This document shows, in pieces, positions 1-10,850 of a DNA stretch of 24,027 nucleotides. Source of the stretch: Octopus sinensis (lineage: Eukaryota); NCBI RefSeq assembly GCF_006345805.1, contig NW_021836497.1:1-24027 (forward strand), written 5' to 3'. Made by a program: the position numbers and the translations under genes. Every line of letters begins with the position of its first letter. The first letter of the stretch is position 1. The notes below the pieces were generated by a model. The model did no database searches and had not been told where the DNA came from. It saw only the letters and a list, made by a program, of their open reading frames with translations.

Positions 1-25
1 TATCTATCTATCTATCTATACACAC

Positions 26-84
<59 letters not shown>

Positions 85-330
85 ACATATATATTTATAT
101 ATGTATATATATATATGTATATATATATGTATACGTATATATACGTATATATATGTACATCTACGTATGTATATGTATACATATATATGTATGTATGTAT
201 GTACGCTTATATACATGTATATATATATACATATATACATGTATATATATATATATATATATAAGAGAGAGAGAGAGAGAGAGTGAGAGAGAGAGAGAGA
301 GAGGGAGAGAGATACATACATACATGCGTA
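1..330. repeat. Compound microsatellite (TATC)n-(TA)n-(TACA)n-(GA)n
   Basis: Directly visible; explains the YI/ER/LS-rich ORFs in the track. Confidence 0.95.
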
Positions 331-704
331 TATATAAATGTGAGTGTGTCTTTGTATTTGCTAGCATCCAGATATTTCAAAAACCATATTGTTTACCGTC
401 TCTCGAATATTTATAATCTTGACATGTACTTCATAATGTTTCTTAAATGCATAGAACAATTCGCATGATTGCTGCGATAGTATGGCTGTATTGTCTACAG
501 GACATGTGCGTTCGAGCCGCACGGTCAGCCATCGAGGTTTGGTATCCAACACGGTTTTTCAAACCAATATTTCTGTGCTGTAATTGATACATTTTGTGTT
601 TACTTGGATTTATGCCACAATAAGATTATTTTTTGTTACCTTTAAAGCTCATGAAAGTTTCCATGAGGTTAACAATATATATATATATATAACAATTAAT
701 TGAT

Positions 705-735
<31 letters not shown>

Positions 736-875
736 ATTTGAGCTCACATTCAACTGAGATCGACTTAGACATTTATCCTTTAAGGGACGATAACAAAAAT
801 ACCTGTTGAGCACTGAGATTCCATGTAACCAATTTACTCCCACCACAGAAGTATTGGCCTTGTACCAAAATGTGA
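736..875 (+). mobile_element. Old diverged fragment of SINE group C (same family as 23510-23922)
   Basis: gagctcacattcaactgagatcgacttagacatttatccttaagggacgataacaaaaatacctgttgagcactgag aligns by eye to the sense strand of the 23.5-23.9 kb element (gagttcaaattccgccgaggtcgactttgcctttcatcctttcggggtcg...aagtaccagttacgcactggg). Confidence 0.6.
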
Positions 876-897
876 AACCAATATATATATATATTAT

Positions 898-941
<44 letters not shown>

Positions 942-1247
942 TTATTAAAGCATATATTTACCTGTTTAAAAACACACGCGCATGTATGCTTAGAGAAGAA
1001 GTTGCTAGAGACCTCAGTTTTGTGACAAATATCCAGCATGTGAATTTACTTGAAGTCATATTTTCATTTATTTTATCTCTTTTTGTCGGGTGCGAATTTA
1101 ATTCCTCGCCAGAACAGGTTACTTGTATGCTCTTCTTATGAGACCCATTGCTTGTGTTTCATTAGAACAGTAAATATGAAAATAGATATATAGATAGATA
1201 GATACATAGCTAGATAGATAGAGATACATACATATACAACACACACA

Positions 1248-1297
<50 letters not shown>

Positions 1298-1512
1298 TCC
1301 TCTCTCACACACATGCTCGAAAATTTTTTGCGTGTATAATGTATATATATTCGACCTACAGCAGAACGTCATTTTTGGGTGCATTAAAATGTTCTAAATA
1401 TACTTATTTTGCCTTAGTCTGTATTTTGAAAATCACTACCACCTATTTCATAAACTATACTGACCACCCATGGTTATTTTGTAGCCTGGTTAACGCCTAT
1501 CTGTGATATATT

Positions 1513-1701
1513 TTAAGGCTTCACATCAGACATCATATCATCTTCATGCTGCTCATTCTTCAATCACCACTGTTTCCATGTCATACACGCTTTCATATAT
1601 GTTTATATATATATATATATATATACATACATACAGTTGGCGTTATATGATTTTTTCATCAGCACCAAGATAGCATGTTCTTTGTTGCAACGTTGGCTCT
1701 C
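1513..1701 (-). pseudogene. Putative terminal exon (cytoplasmic tail) split by a microsatellite
   Basis: Acceptor ttgtttttatctaccag| at 1703-1702. Reads ESQRCNKEHAILVLMKKSYNAN (or GEPTLQQRTCYLGADEK with a frameshift), then a (GTAT)(TA)n tract, then IYESVYDMETVVIEE/(fs)EQHEDDMMSDVKP* with TAA at 1515-1513. Confidence 0.4.
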
Positions 1702-1830
1702 CTGGTAGATAAAAACAACTATAAATAAGTGCGTGTAAATATTAGATTTAAAATGTTTTAGAGAGATAAAGTCAGTTGTATACTCATACACACATACTCA
1801 CACAGATATGTGTATGTATATATATATACG

Positions 1831-1945
1831 TTATTTAAAAGTAGCAGAAATATAACAAAATTTTGTTATATATTCTGCTGCTTTTAAATAAAGTATATTA
1901 CTCTGCCTCTGGTATTTGAGTACTCTTTTTTTCCACCTTGTTTCA
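1831..1945. mobile_element. Near-perfect loopless palindrome (1831-1891) plus flanking repeat, probably a Penelope-related non-autonomous repeat
   Basis: ttatttaaaagtagcagaaatataacaaaa|ttttgttatatattctgctgcttttaaataa is directly visible. The family assignment is from recollection of similar octopus repeats and is not verified. Confidence 0.5.
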
Positions 1946-1978
1946 AATTTATGTGCTTAAACGATATATATCTATATG

Positions 1979-2011
<33 letters not shown>

Positions 2012-2087
2012 ATATATATATATAATATATATATATATATACATACATACATACATACTACATACATACATACATACATACATATGT

Positions 2088-2331
2088 ATTCTTTTATTCT
2101 TTTACTTGTTTCAGTCATTTGACTGCGGTCATGCGGGAGCAACACCTTAAAGTGTTTTAGTCGAAGAAATCGACTCCAGGACTTATTCTTCGTAAGCCTA
2201 GTACATATTCCATTGGCCCTCTTGCCGAGCCTCTAAGTTACGGGGACGTAAACTCACCAACAGCAGTCGTCAAGTTACGGTGGGAGATAATCACGGACAG
2301 AAAGACACACACATATAAATATATGCATATA

Positions 2332-2372
<41 letters not shown>

Positions 2373-2560
2373 TATATATATAATATATATATATATATAC
2401 GACTTGCTTCTATGAGTTTCCGTTTACCAAATCCACTCATAAGACATTAGTCGGCTCGAGGCTATAGTAGAAGATACACGTTTAAGTTATCATACAGTGG
2501 GACTTAACTCTCACACATGTTGTCGGGAAGCAAGTTTCTTACCACACAGTCACGCCTATA
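2088..2560 (-). mobile_element. tRNA-derived CORE-type SINE group A (OR2-like), interrupted by (TA)n
   Basis: Reverse complement matches 14464-14857 and 18618-19010 (head taggcgtgactgtgtggtaagaa, core gccttgtgagtggatttggtagacggaaact, tail cagtcaaatgactgaaacaagtaaaaga). Confidence 0.85.
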
Positions 2561-2800
2561 AATACACCCACACACACACACACACACAGATATACTTATG
2601 TAGTTGATATACTTATTTATTTATCTATAGCAATTTCACTGTGCCGTCACCACTGACGTATCCCTCACAATTCACATATAATTTCAAGTAGCTTAATGTT
2701 ATGTTTAAATTCTTTATTGTGAGCCACTGGGCACCAGCGGTGAAACGACGAGTGACATGTTTTGGGGTGTTTGACTACGAGTCATTTTGTTGTACCTTAC

Positions 2801-3022
2801 GAGTTCAAATGTTTCCCAGCAGGAATTTGCTTTGCGTGCATTAGGACGCCTGTCTTATGGTTGCAAATCTACTTTAATTCTTTGTGTTCGTTTTCAAAGC
2901 ACTAGCACATTCAGTAAGTGTCTTCTGCTATATTCTTGGTTTGAATTACGACTTAAGCTTCTGGTAAGCGATGAAATGGAAGCCAAAACCAATTCAGATC
3001 CCGAAGATACTGCTTAGAATAT
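2801..3022 (-). pseudogene. Putative transmembrane-segment exon (222 nt, phase 1-1), disrupted
   Basis: Acceptor atctatctgtatttccag|, donor |gtaagg. The phase-1 frame starts DILSSIFGI*IGFGFHFIAYQKLK (hydrophobic run then basic residues). All three frames contain stops. Confidence 0.45.
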
Positions 3023-3315
3023 CTGGAAATACAGATAGATTGGAGAAATTATTTAAAAAAAAAGAGGGTTATATTAGGACATGGTCGTACTTTCAATTCT
3101 ATATATATATAAACACTCGCACACACGTTCACACATAGGCAAACACACACTCGCACGCATACACATACATGCGCACATACATACATCTGGAGCTGGAATT
3201 CACTATACTTATGCATTAGTCGAGTACAGAGCGTAAAGACAAGCGAATACAGTTTTGTTCCCTTGTAATTTATTTTTACAAAATGAATATATATATATAT
3301 ATATATATATATAGT

Positions 3316-3486
3316 AATTTAAGATTAGGTAAGGTATATAATACCACTTTTCTAAAGTCAGAGCCGTTGCTCCAAAGACCACCATAAAAATTACGATAAA
3401 GATGCAGACGTAATTTTACGGTGGTTTTTGGAGCAACAGCTCTGATTTTAGCAAGTGGCATTATATACCCTACCTCATCTTAAATT
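3316..3486. mobile_element. Fold-back element: ~80 bp inverted arms with a 13-nt loop (MITE-like)
   Basis: Arm 3316-3395 vs reverse complement of 3409-3486: 8 substitutions and 2 single-base indels; loop ataaagatgcaga. Confidence 0.85.
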
Positions 3487-3574
3487 TCATTTCTTTATAT
3501 TGTGACAGTAAAGTGGGAACTTCCTAGCCACCTTATTATTACTGTAAATCACGGTAATAACAATACTTCATATA

Positions 3575-3588
3575 TAACAATAATAATG

Positions 3589-3673
<85 letters not shown>

Positions 3674-3745
3674 TGATGATGATGATGATGATGATAATAA
3701 TGATGATGATGATATAATAATAATAATGATAATAATAATAATATA

Positions 3746-3789
<44 letters not shown>

Positions 3790-3820
3790 TAATAGTAATA
3801 GTAATAATAATAATAATACA
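3575..3820. repeat. (AAT)n/(GAT)n microsatellite
   Basis: Directly visible; source of poly-Ile ORFs. Confidence 0.95.
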
Positions 3821-4254
3821 ATTTATTGTACTTTATTGATTTTTGTAATAAGGTTTCTATAGTATATGTTTTCTATATGGTGTGAATAACCTCTTTCATT
3901 ATTGAATAGTTTAATAGAGGTTTTTCTCTAAATTATATATATATATATACATATATGTATGTATGTATGTATGAATGTATGTATTTATGTATGTATGAAT
4001 ATATGTGCGTATATGTATATATATAAAACAAATAATAGAAGCAACTGGACCGCTCCCACGAAACAGACACCACTTACAAGGAACTGGTTATCCTGAATAG
4101 CCTGATGCCAGAATAACAAGGAAAAGCTTGCATATCGTGCTGCACTTTGTTATCGAACCCAGAACGTATGGTTTCGTAAGTGAATTGACCTACCCCACGT
4201 TCACACATATATGAATGTACTCACGTCCTTCCCAGTATAATTAATCATGCTCAC

Positions 4255-4454
4255 TGGGTCGAAGCTAATGTTACCGCGTTTGTTGTCATGATCTTCCTCG
4301 ACGCTGATATTGTCGTCGGTGGTGACCTTGCTGTCGTTGGTTTCCATGGAATTTTCCTTAAGCTTATTGTTTTACATGTTCCAGTTGTTCTTGGCCATTT
4401 TGAACTGGTTGATGTATTTCTAGTTGTTTTGTTTTCATTGTGGTTGTTGTAAAT
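4255..4454 (-). pseudogene. Putative Thr/Ser-rich (mucin-like) stalk exon
   Basis: Acceptor ctacacatttag|, donor |gtgagc. Stop-free frame IYNNHNENKTTRNTSTSSKWPRTTGTCKTISLRKIPWKPTTARSPPTTISASRKIMTTNAVTLAST; locally higher GC than the flanks. Confidence 0.55.
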
Positions 4455-4574
4455 CTAAATGTGTAGCTCCAGGCTCAGTCCTGATTCAAACAGATCTGTG
4501 ATCAAATGTATTCAATCGTTAACGCTCTACTTTCTTTCCTTCTTTCTTTCTTAATTTATTTATTTATTTACTCA

Positions 4575-4975
4575 CTTATCTTTTATATTGCACTAGATTC
4601 AGTCATTAGACTGCGTCAATGCTGGGCCATCTCTTTGATGAATTTTAGCCGAATCGGTCCCAGTGCTTTTTAGCGTAACACTTTTTCTCTCAGTCATTCT
4701 TTCCGAACCACGAAGCTAGAGGAACGTAAACAGACCAACACTGCTCGTCAAGCGATGGTGGGACATATACACATATGTATGTGCATGTGCATGTGTGTGT
4801 GTGTGTGTGTGTGTGCGATGGGCTTCTTTCAGTTTCCGTCTGTCAAAACCATTCACAAGGTTTTGGACGGCCCGGGACTATAGTAGTAGATACTAACTCA
4901 AAGTGTCACGCAGTTTGACTGAACCCAGGACCATGTGATTGGGAAGCAAGCTTGTTACCACACAGCCACACCTGC
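4575..4975 (-). mobile_element. SINE group A copy (diverged), with internal (GT)n
   Basis: Reverse complement matches 14464-14857 (gcaggtgtggctgtgtggtaacaagcttgcttcccaatcacatgg...cagacggaaactgaaagaagccc). Confidence 0.85.
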
Positions 4976-5523
4976 ATGAGTTATTCGCTCTTTATACGGT
5001 AAAATTTACTAATATTGACACGCCTGTCATACCACCTGTCATGAATTTTACTATAATAAATAAACCCAAACAATTTTCAGTAACCGCAGTTAGAACTACA
5101 ACGTTTGTTTTTCTTGTTATAGACGTTAATTTTTACATGTTTCTAGTTTGTTTTCGTTTATAGCCCACTTACAATTCCTCTTCGAATAAATGTCACTGCT
5201 AATCACCTTAATTCTTACAAATGTTTTTCTCCAGAAACACAGCTTCCGCTACTGCTGGGTGCCTTGTGATTATATACTCAGTTGTTTATCTGTATTGGTA
5301 TTCCTATTTGTTCTTTCTTTGAAGTTTAGCTTTCATTATTTCTTTTATTTTCCTGTCTTGGAGTTATTTGTGATGTCATCATTAGCTGTTAGAAATAGAA
5401 ACTAAATCTTGAGATGATATACTGTTGCTGTCTCGAAAATATAAAGAGAACACATTTGATAATGGATACACTGTAACATTATCCAAATATCTTTTACATT
5501 ATTATCATTAATCTTTTACTTAC

Positions 5524-5577
5524 CTTCTCTATCAAAGACGACAAATTGACGACGACGAGAGAGACACGTTGATATTT
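5524..5577 (-). pseudogene. Putative 54-nt symmetric exon
   Basis: Acceptor ctgtcgtttactag|, strong donor gagaag|gtaagt. Open in phase 1 (EISTCLSRRRQFVVFDRE) and phase 0. Confidence 0.4.
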
Positions 5578-5639
5578 CTAGTAAACGACAGTACGTAGTA
5601 GATGCTTTCTGTTTTGTAGTGGCTAATTATTATATGTAG

Positions 5640-5717
5640 TGGCTAATTATTATTATTATTATTATTATTATTACAATTCCTCTCATATATATATACGTAT
5701 TCATAGTGTAAAAATAG

Positions 5718-5772
<55 letters not shown>

Positions 5773-5829
5773 TATTATTATATTATTATTTATTATTATT
5801 ATTATATATTATTATTATTATTATTATTA

Positions 5830-5877
<48 letters not shown>

Positions 5878-5880
5878 CTT
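5640..5880. repeat. (ATT)n microsatellite, preceded by a 19-bp direct duplication tgtagtggctaattattat
   Basis: Directly visible. Confidence 0.95.
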
Positions 5881-6020
5881 TTAAATAGACACTAGTAATA
5901 ACAATAACAACAGTGATATGATAATAATTAAAAAATGATGCAATAATGATAATAAAATGATAAATAGAAATATTATTATTTCTTAGTCTTTCTAAAGGAG
6001 ACTACGGCAGCGGTACTGGA

Positions 6021-6168
6021 TATTAATAGTTATCGCCAAGCTAATATGGCAGTCTAGGAATATAGGACGAATGCTCCAAGAGAGGCGATGGCCTCTTGGA
6101 GCTAATCAACGGCAGCATTCGTCCTGTATTTCTAGACTACCATATTAGTTTGGTGATAATTATTAATA
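6021..6168. mobile_element. Fold-back element: 55 bp inverted arms enclosing an inner hairpin
   Basis: Arm 6021-6075 vs reverse complement of 6114-6168: 49/55 identical, no indels. Inner stem gctccaagag/ctcttggagc. Confidence 0.85.
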
Positions 6169-6184
6169 ATAAAATTATGATGAT

Positions 6185-6236
<52 letters not shown>

Positions 6237-6275
6237 TTAATAGTAATGATAATAATGATAATAATAATAATAATG

Positions 6276-6348
<73 letters not shown>

Positions 6349-6400
6349 TAATAATAATAATAATAATGATGATAATAATAATAATAATAGTAACAATAAT
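6169..6400. repeat. (AAT)n microsatellite
   Basis: Directly visible. Confidence 0.95.
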
Positions 6401-6574
6401 AACGGTCATGATGATGAAGACTTATATGATGATGACGAACGACAACGACAAAGAAAATGACGATGATCCCGGAAAATCTATGGTCGTCGACATGTGGTTA
6501 CCATGGACCTAATTTGAAGTTAGCGAAAAGAAAAAAACTCAAGCTAAACATTTATTATAGATATATATATAGTT

Positions 6575-6760
<186 letters not shown>

Positions 6761-6783
6761 ACGGGTTCTTTATTAGAACTCAC

Positions 6784-6830
6784 ACAAATGTAGTGAGAAA
6801 CACGTAGTGCGATCGACAGCCGTCTGACTG
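6784..6830 (-). pseudogene. Putative small exon (47 nt)
   Basis: Acceptor ttatttgtcctaacgtatcttcag|, donor |gtgagt. Phase-1 reading AVRRLSIALRVSHYIC. Confidence 0.3.
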
Positions 6831-7012
6831 CTGAAGATACGTTAGGACAAATAAGAATGCACTCTCAAGGTCGGTCATCCATTGAAAGCAACATAACGAA
6901 CAAGTTAGATAAAATATATCTACGAGAACATAACCGAAAACTGTTTTCAGAATATTTTACATTGTTCAAATGTCATATATGTGATCGATATATCGAAATT
7001 CGAAACACTTAC

Positions 7013-7154
7013 GTACAGACATTGTCTGCGCTGATCTACAAAGAGCTAAGTTTATAAATTCCACTACAGGGGGAAGTGTTAATACACATAACAACATCAG
7101 GCATTGATTGATGAAGTTAGAAATCGAGGCTGTAAACTTCAAATGCATATGGTC
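7013..7154 (-). pseudogene. Putative 142-nt exon
   Basis: Acceptor ggagttttacag|, donor |gtaagt. The phase-1 frame GPYAFEVYSLDF*LHQSMPDVVMCINTSPCSGIYKLSSL*ISADNVC has two stops; the phase-0 frame is open (part of ORF 6966..7193). Confidence 0.45.
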
Positions 7155-7306
7155 CTGTAAAACTCCTATTCTAATGTATATAGTACTGTACACATTGTTC
7201 CCTGTGATTTTAATGTAAGTAATGATAACACAAATTATAGTATTAGTACAATTTCTGTTAGCAAACAGTCTAACAAAAGCAATGTTGATAGTTCAGACAT
7301 TATTAC

Positions 7307-7474
7307 ATCCAGTCATCTTTGTTCTTCAGCGTGAGGATACTCGGCTCATGCTCCTACTACTGGAATTCAGCTACATGCTATAGCAAATTAAGAACAAGGC
7401 ATCGGCAACACATGTGTGAAAATTCTTCGAAGCTTATGCCTCTCGCATGAGTTGTAATCATATATTTAAGAAAC
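7307..7474 (-). pseudogene. Putative PAN/apple-like exon (168 nt), disrupted
   Basis: Acceptor cgtttctgcgcag|. Reads HARGISFEEFSHMCCRCLVLNLL*HVAEF...ILTLKNKDDW, reminiscent of the PAN S-x-EEC-x3-C start. The family call is weak. Confidence 0.35.
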
Positions 7475-7742
7475 CTGCGCAGAAACGTATGAATAGATGA
7501 ATGGATTCTATCAGTAGCATGCAAAGAAACGCAATAAATCACGACATTATCACACCCTCTTCAATTACCCGGTTATGCAATTTCCTATATTCCTGCACAC
7601 TGATACATTCGATTATATCAGGATGAAATGTATAATATATCTTTAAGAAGGCAGGAGCTTCTAGCAAATTAAGAGAAAAGCCACATCCTACGTGGCAAAA
7701 ACTAACGTAGTTACATATTTAAAGAGGTTGCTACTTTTACAT

Positions 7743-8064
7743 TTTTCTTATTAATGCGCCCTTTTCAAGCCTAGCTAGGGTCATGGGCCCGGTTTCCCGG
7801 TTTCTGTGGCGTATGTGTTCTCCCAAGCTGGACGGGACGCAAGTCCGTCGCAGCGTTACTCAAGAAACAGGAAGAAAGAGTGAGAGAATGTTGGAGCGAA
7901 AGAGTACAACAGGGATCGCCACCCACCCACCCCCTACCGGAGCCTCGTAGAGCTTTTAGATGTTTTCGCTCAATAAACACACACAACGCCCGGTCTAGGA
8001 ATCGAAACCGCGATCCAACGATCGCGAGTCCGCTACCCTAACCACTAGGCCATTGCGCCTCCAC
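7743..8064 (-). mobile_element. tRNA-derived SINE group B with V-domain-like tail; 12-bp TSD
   Basis: Head ggcgcaatggcctagtggttagg (A box) and ggtttcgattcc (B box). Tail ctgcgacggacttgcgtcccgtccag. TSD ctacttttacat at 7731-7742 and 8065-8076. Confidence 0.9.
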
Positions 8065-8160
8065 CTACTTTTACATGGTAAACGTAACTAAATTTGCTTT
8101 CTCGCTTGTCATATTAAAGTGTCTAATTTGAAAGGGTACACTTTTGACGGTTACATTTAC

Positions 8161-8517
8161 GTTATTTGTAGAACAACCGTATGTGATGCAGTCGAGTTGC
8201 AGTTCATGTCTCACGAGCAACTTCCTGCCTTTTCTTTCATTTAAAAGTCTTTTCAATTCAAGGCAATATACGCTTTTGTTTACAAATGGATTTGCTTCAA
8301 GATACATCGTTAATGAAGACTTTTTTCTATTATTTCTCGAAGCTTCTACTATCACATCAAAAAAGTATACGTATATAGAACTCCAAAAATTTGCGCTATT
8401 GTATAGGTTGTATCTAAATTCAACAATGAATAAACAGGATAACAAACGTCCAAAGGTTAGTAATAAAAATAAATTCCTCCAAGGCGTACCATTGAAGACA
8501 AATGTTACTCTCAAAAC
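8161..8517 (-). pseudogene. Decayed C-type-lectin-like domain exon (357 nt)
   Basis: Joining frames gives GFESNICLQWYA/LGGIYFYY ... YNSANFW ... NPFVNKSV/YIALN*KDF ... S*DMNCNSTASH, matching CTLD landmarks (C-x-W-x2-LGG-x-(C)Y; (W)IGL-like; W-x-D-x2-C). Candidate donor ataac|gtaaat at 8160. ORF 8071..8514 covers only one of these frames. Confidence 0.5.
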
Positions 8518-8934
8518 CTGTATTCTGAATCGACCGCAAAAGTTTCACAGAACAATACGTAGCCACAACATAGACGATAATTGAATCACCACTAAGGTAA
8601 CATAACTACAATTTAGGAAACAGTTGTTTTAGATGCTGCTAAGTACAACAAAATCAACAGCTGTTTTGAAGTATAGGTAACAGCAACAGTAATTGAAAAA
8701 CTTCATCTCCCCAATGAACAAACATTAAAAATATAATTTTAGGCTTGGGTGAAACGAATTCAAAAGATTTGATCTTTGTTGTTTAATATCTTACATGAAA
8801 ATACTTCAGGCTATATCTAGTTTTAACATCCTCTTAAACAATCCGTTCCAAATGCCAAGATGGTACCTTAGTGTATACCTACAATGAAACTCCACGAAAG
8901 CTAATCTGGCGCCCTATTTAATATCTCCACTTAC

Positions 8935-8995
8935 CTTTCGGTTATCCTTGAGCTAATTTCCAGAATAATAGGCAATAGGATAATAGATTTTTTAT
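8935..8995 (-). pseudogene. Decayed signal-peptide exon
   Basis: ATA aaa aat cta tta tcc tat tgc cta tta ttc tgg aaa tta gct caa gga TAA ccg aaa g|gtaagt reads (M>I)KNLLSYCLLFWKLAQG*PK. Perfect phase-1 donor, compatible with the phase-1 start of the 8517 exon. Confidence 0.5.
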
Positions 8996-9755
8996 AAGAG
9001 GAATATAATTATTTTTATATTTAGGAATGGTCACTTCTTTTCTTGCCAGGTACACACACGCACTATATATTCGTTCTTCCCTCGTTTATAATTGTTCTTA
9101 TTTTATCTTATGTCTATTCTCTTGAAATTATTCGTCACACACTTGTCACCTCTTGAGCGACCCTTTCCCCTCTGTGTCTCCTCCTGTTCCTTGAAACACA
9201 GGCATGTAAGACGAGACAAGTAGGCAGTCACAGGCATGTTACGAAAGATTTCCAGACAAAGGACAAAAGATAAAATAAGAACAATAAAAAACAAGTGAAG
9301 AATGTATGCATAATACGTGTGTTTATTTGGGAATAAAAAATGAGCATCCCGAAATGCAACAATATTTATTTCAACACACCATTTCACACCAAGACTCTTG
9401 CAAAAGAGATACATAAACGTAAGGAATATAGTTCCCTTAGATTAAAAGAAGTGCATACTTTGGGGAGGTAATAAATCAGGTCCTTCCTAAAAACATGGTA
9501 CCGGATGATGGTAAAGTATGTTACAAAATACCTGTATGCACTTGCATCATCTTAATAATGACTCTTGATTAGATCTAATACGATTGTCATAGTGAAACAC
9601 TGAAAGATCAGTAAATTGACTTTCAGCCATTTGAATATAAAATGGTCAGATTTTTGAGGTGGCAGAACGTTAGGTTAAATCTCCTGTAGTGTTTGTTTGA
9701 TTGTTTGCGTTCGATCAAATTCCGTTGATGTCAAGTTTGGTTTGCATTTTTCCAG

Positions 9756-10850
9756 GAGTCTAAAAATTTTGAACCAGCCCAGAGTTCTGGGAATAGCGGA
9801 ACTGTAAGAATTTTAGGATGAAAGAACTATGATATTTGTTCAGAGTTTCTCCGCTCTGAGTTACATATTGCTTAGATGTCTAAGGATCACCCTCGCCAAT
9901 CCGCAAGTGTAGCGTGGCGAGTGGGGCAAATCCTCGAAACAGAGGCGAGCAATTTTAGGTAATTGCTTCAGGATCAAGTGAAGACCAAAAATACTGTTCC
10001 CTTGTATACGTTCCTGTGAAACTGGAACTTACAGTCTGATATTATAAGATCTGTCACCACTTCGCTGCTGTTAGATAATACTGGGTGTCGAGAGAAGGGA
10101 TCCACCCACGGGAAAGACATATACCTGGTGAACTAATAAATGGATGAAGGATATATAATAAACTTCCTTCAAACAGCAGCGAAGCATGGCAAGTTTTGTC
10201 ACTACAACATGAAGATTGTAAGTTCCAGCTTCAGAGGAATGTCTACTAGAATATACTAAAGAGAATAATGTTTCTGGTCTTTGTTTGGTCCTAATATTGT
10301 CATCTCTAGTTGGAGGATAGTGATTTGAAGGCTCATTTCATGGAGGGCCTGAAGTTGCATGTTACTAATGGATTTAAACTTGGCGTCTTATCACTATTGG
10401 CAAACATTTAGACACACAGTAAAGACATTCTGAATTACAAGAAATTGACAAAAGACAAGACTTACTGAGGCGTGGGGTCTATAGTTTGGAATTACTCGAT
10501 GAAGGAATGATATAGGTGTTAGTCTATACTATATTCTACAAAGCATGTCAGAATAGTCCAGCATTCGCTATATTAATTTTCGAAAATTCTTCATTCATGA
10601 GATAATTTGTTTGAGCATAGATGAAAGCAACGTTGGACGTGAAAGTTGTTAAGCGTGAATGGAAGATGAATATTGTGACAGGTTAACACGTTAATTGAGA
10701 AATTACATTTCATGATTATTTGAATAATAATCGAAAATATCTGCCAAAAAATAAACTTAGCATTTTCTGCAAGTCACGTTGCTTGAATGAACTTGACACA
10801 TCTCAAGTTCAGAGTAATGAAATTTTGAGTAGAAATACCTGATATCCACA
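9756..10850 (+). pseudogene. Decayed, apparently intronless tandem Sushi/CCP-repeat coding remnant
   Basis: Acceptor tttggtttgcatttttccag| at 9755. Fragments in shifting frames: GEWG; YTF/SCETGTYSL; HIPGELING*RIY; SFVTTT/EDCKFQLQRNVY; VWS*YC; FHGGPEVA/TNGFKL; TY*GVGSIVWNY/DEGMI*V; ITFHDY. These recur at roughly CCP-unit spacing. Confidence 0.45.

Noticed and set aside
2801-3022. Idea that in-frame stops are rescued to Trp by cephalopod A-to-I editing
   Set aside because: Six stops in 74 codons is near the random expectation for AT-rich DNA. Other exons also need frameshifts, which editing cannot repair. Stops at Trp positions are simply explained by TGG>TGA/TAG decay.
5170-5385. Exon-like segment with acceptor tttctatttctaacag and donors gtaaga/gtaagt
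   Set aside because: All frames are heavily interrupted and I could not assign a peptide. It may belong to the pseudogene but is not supported individually.
7743-8064. tRNA gene calls at SINE heads (also 15.8, 17.8 and 23.9 kb)
   Set aside because: A and B boxes are present but there is no complete cloverleaf; they continue into SINE bodies and three of the four carry clear TSDs.
8144-8584. 146-aa + strand ORF overlapping the 147-aa minus-strand ORF
   Set aside because: No recognisable motifs; best explained as the antisense shadow of the decayed minus-strand lectin exon.
10060-10200. pogo/Tigger DDE-like words LLLDN...LPSN
   Set aside because: The words are in different frames with wrong spacing and no TIRs; the Sushi/CCP interpretation explains more of the region.
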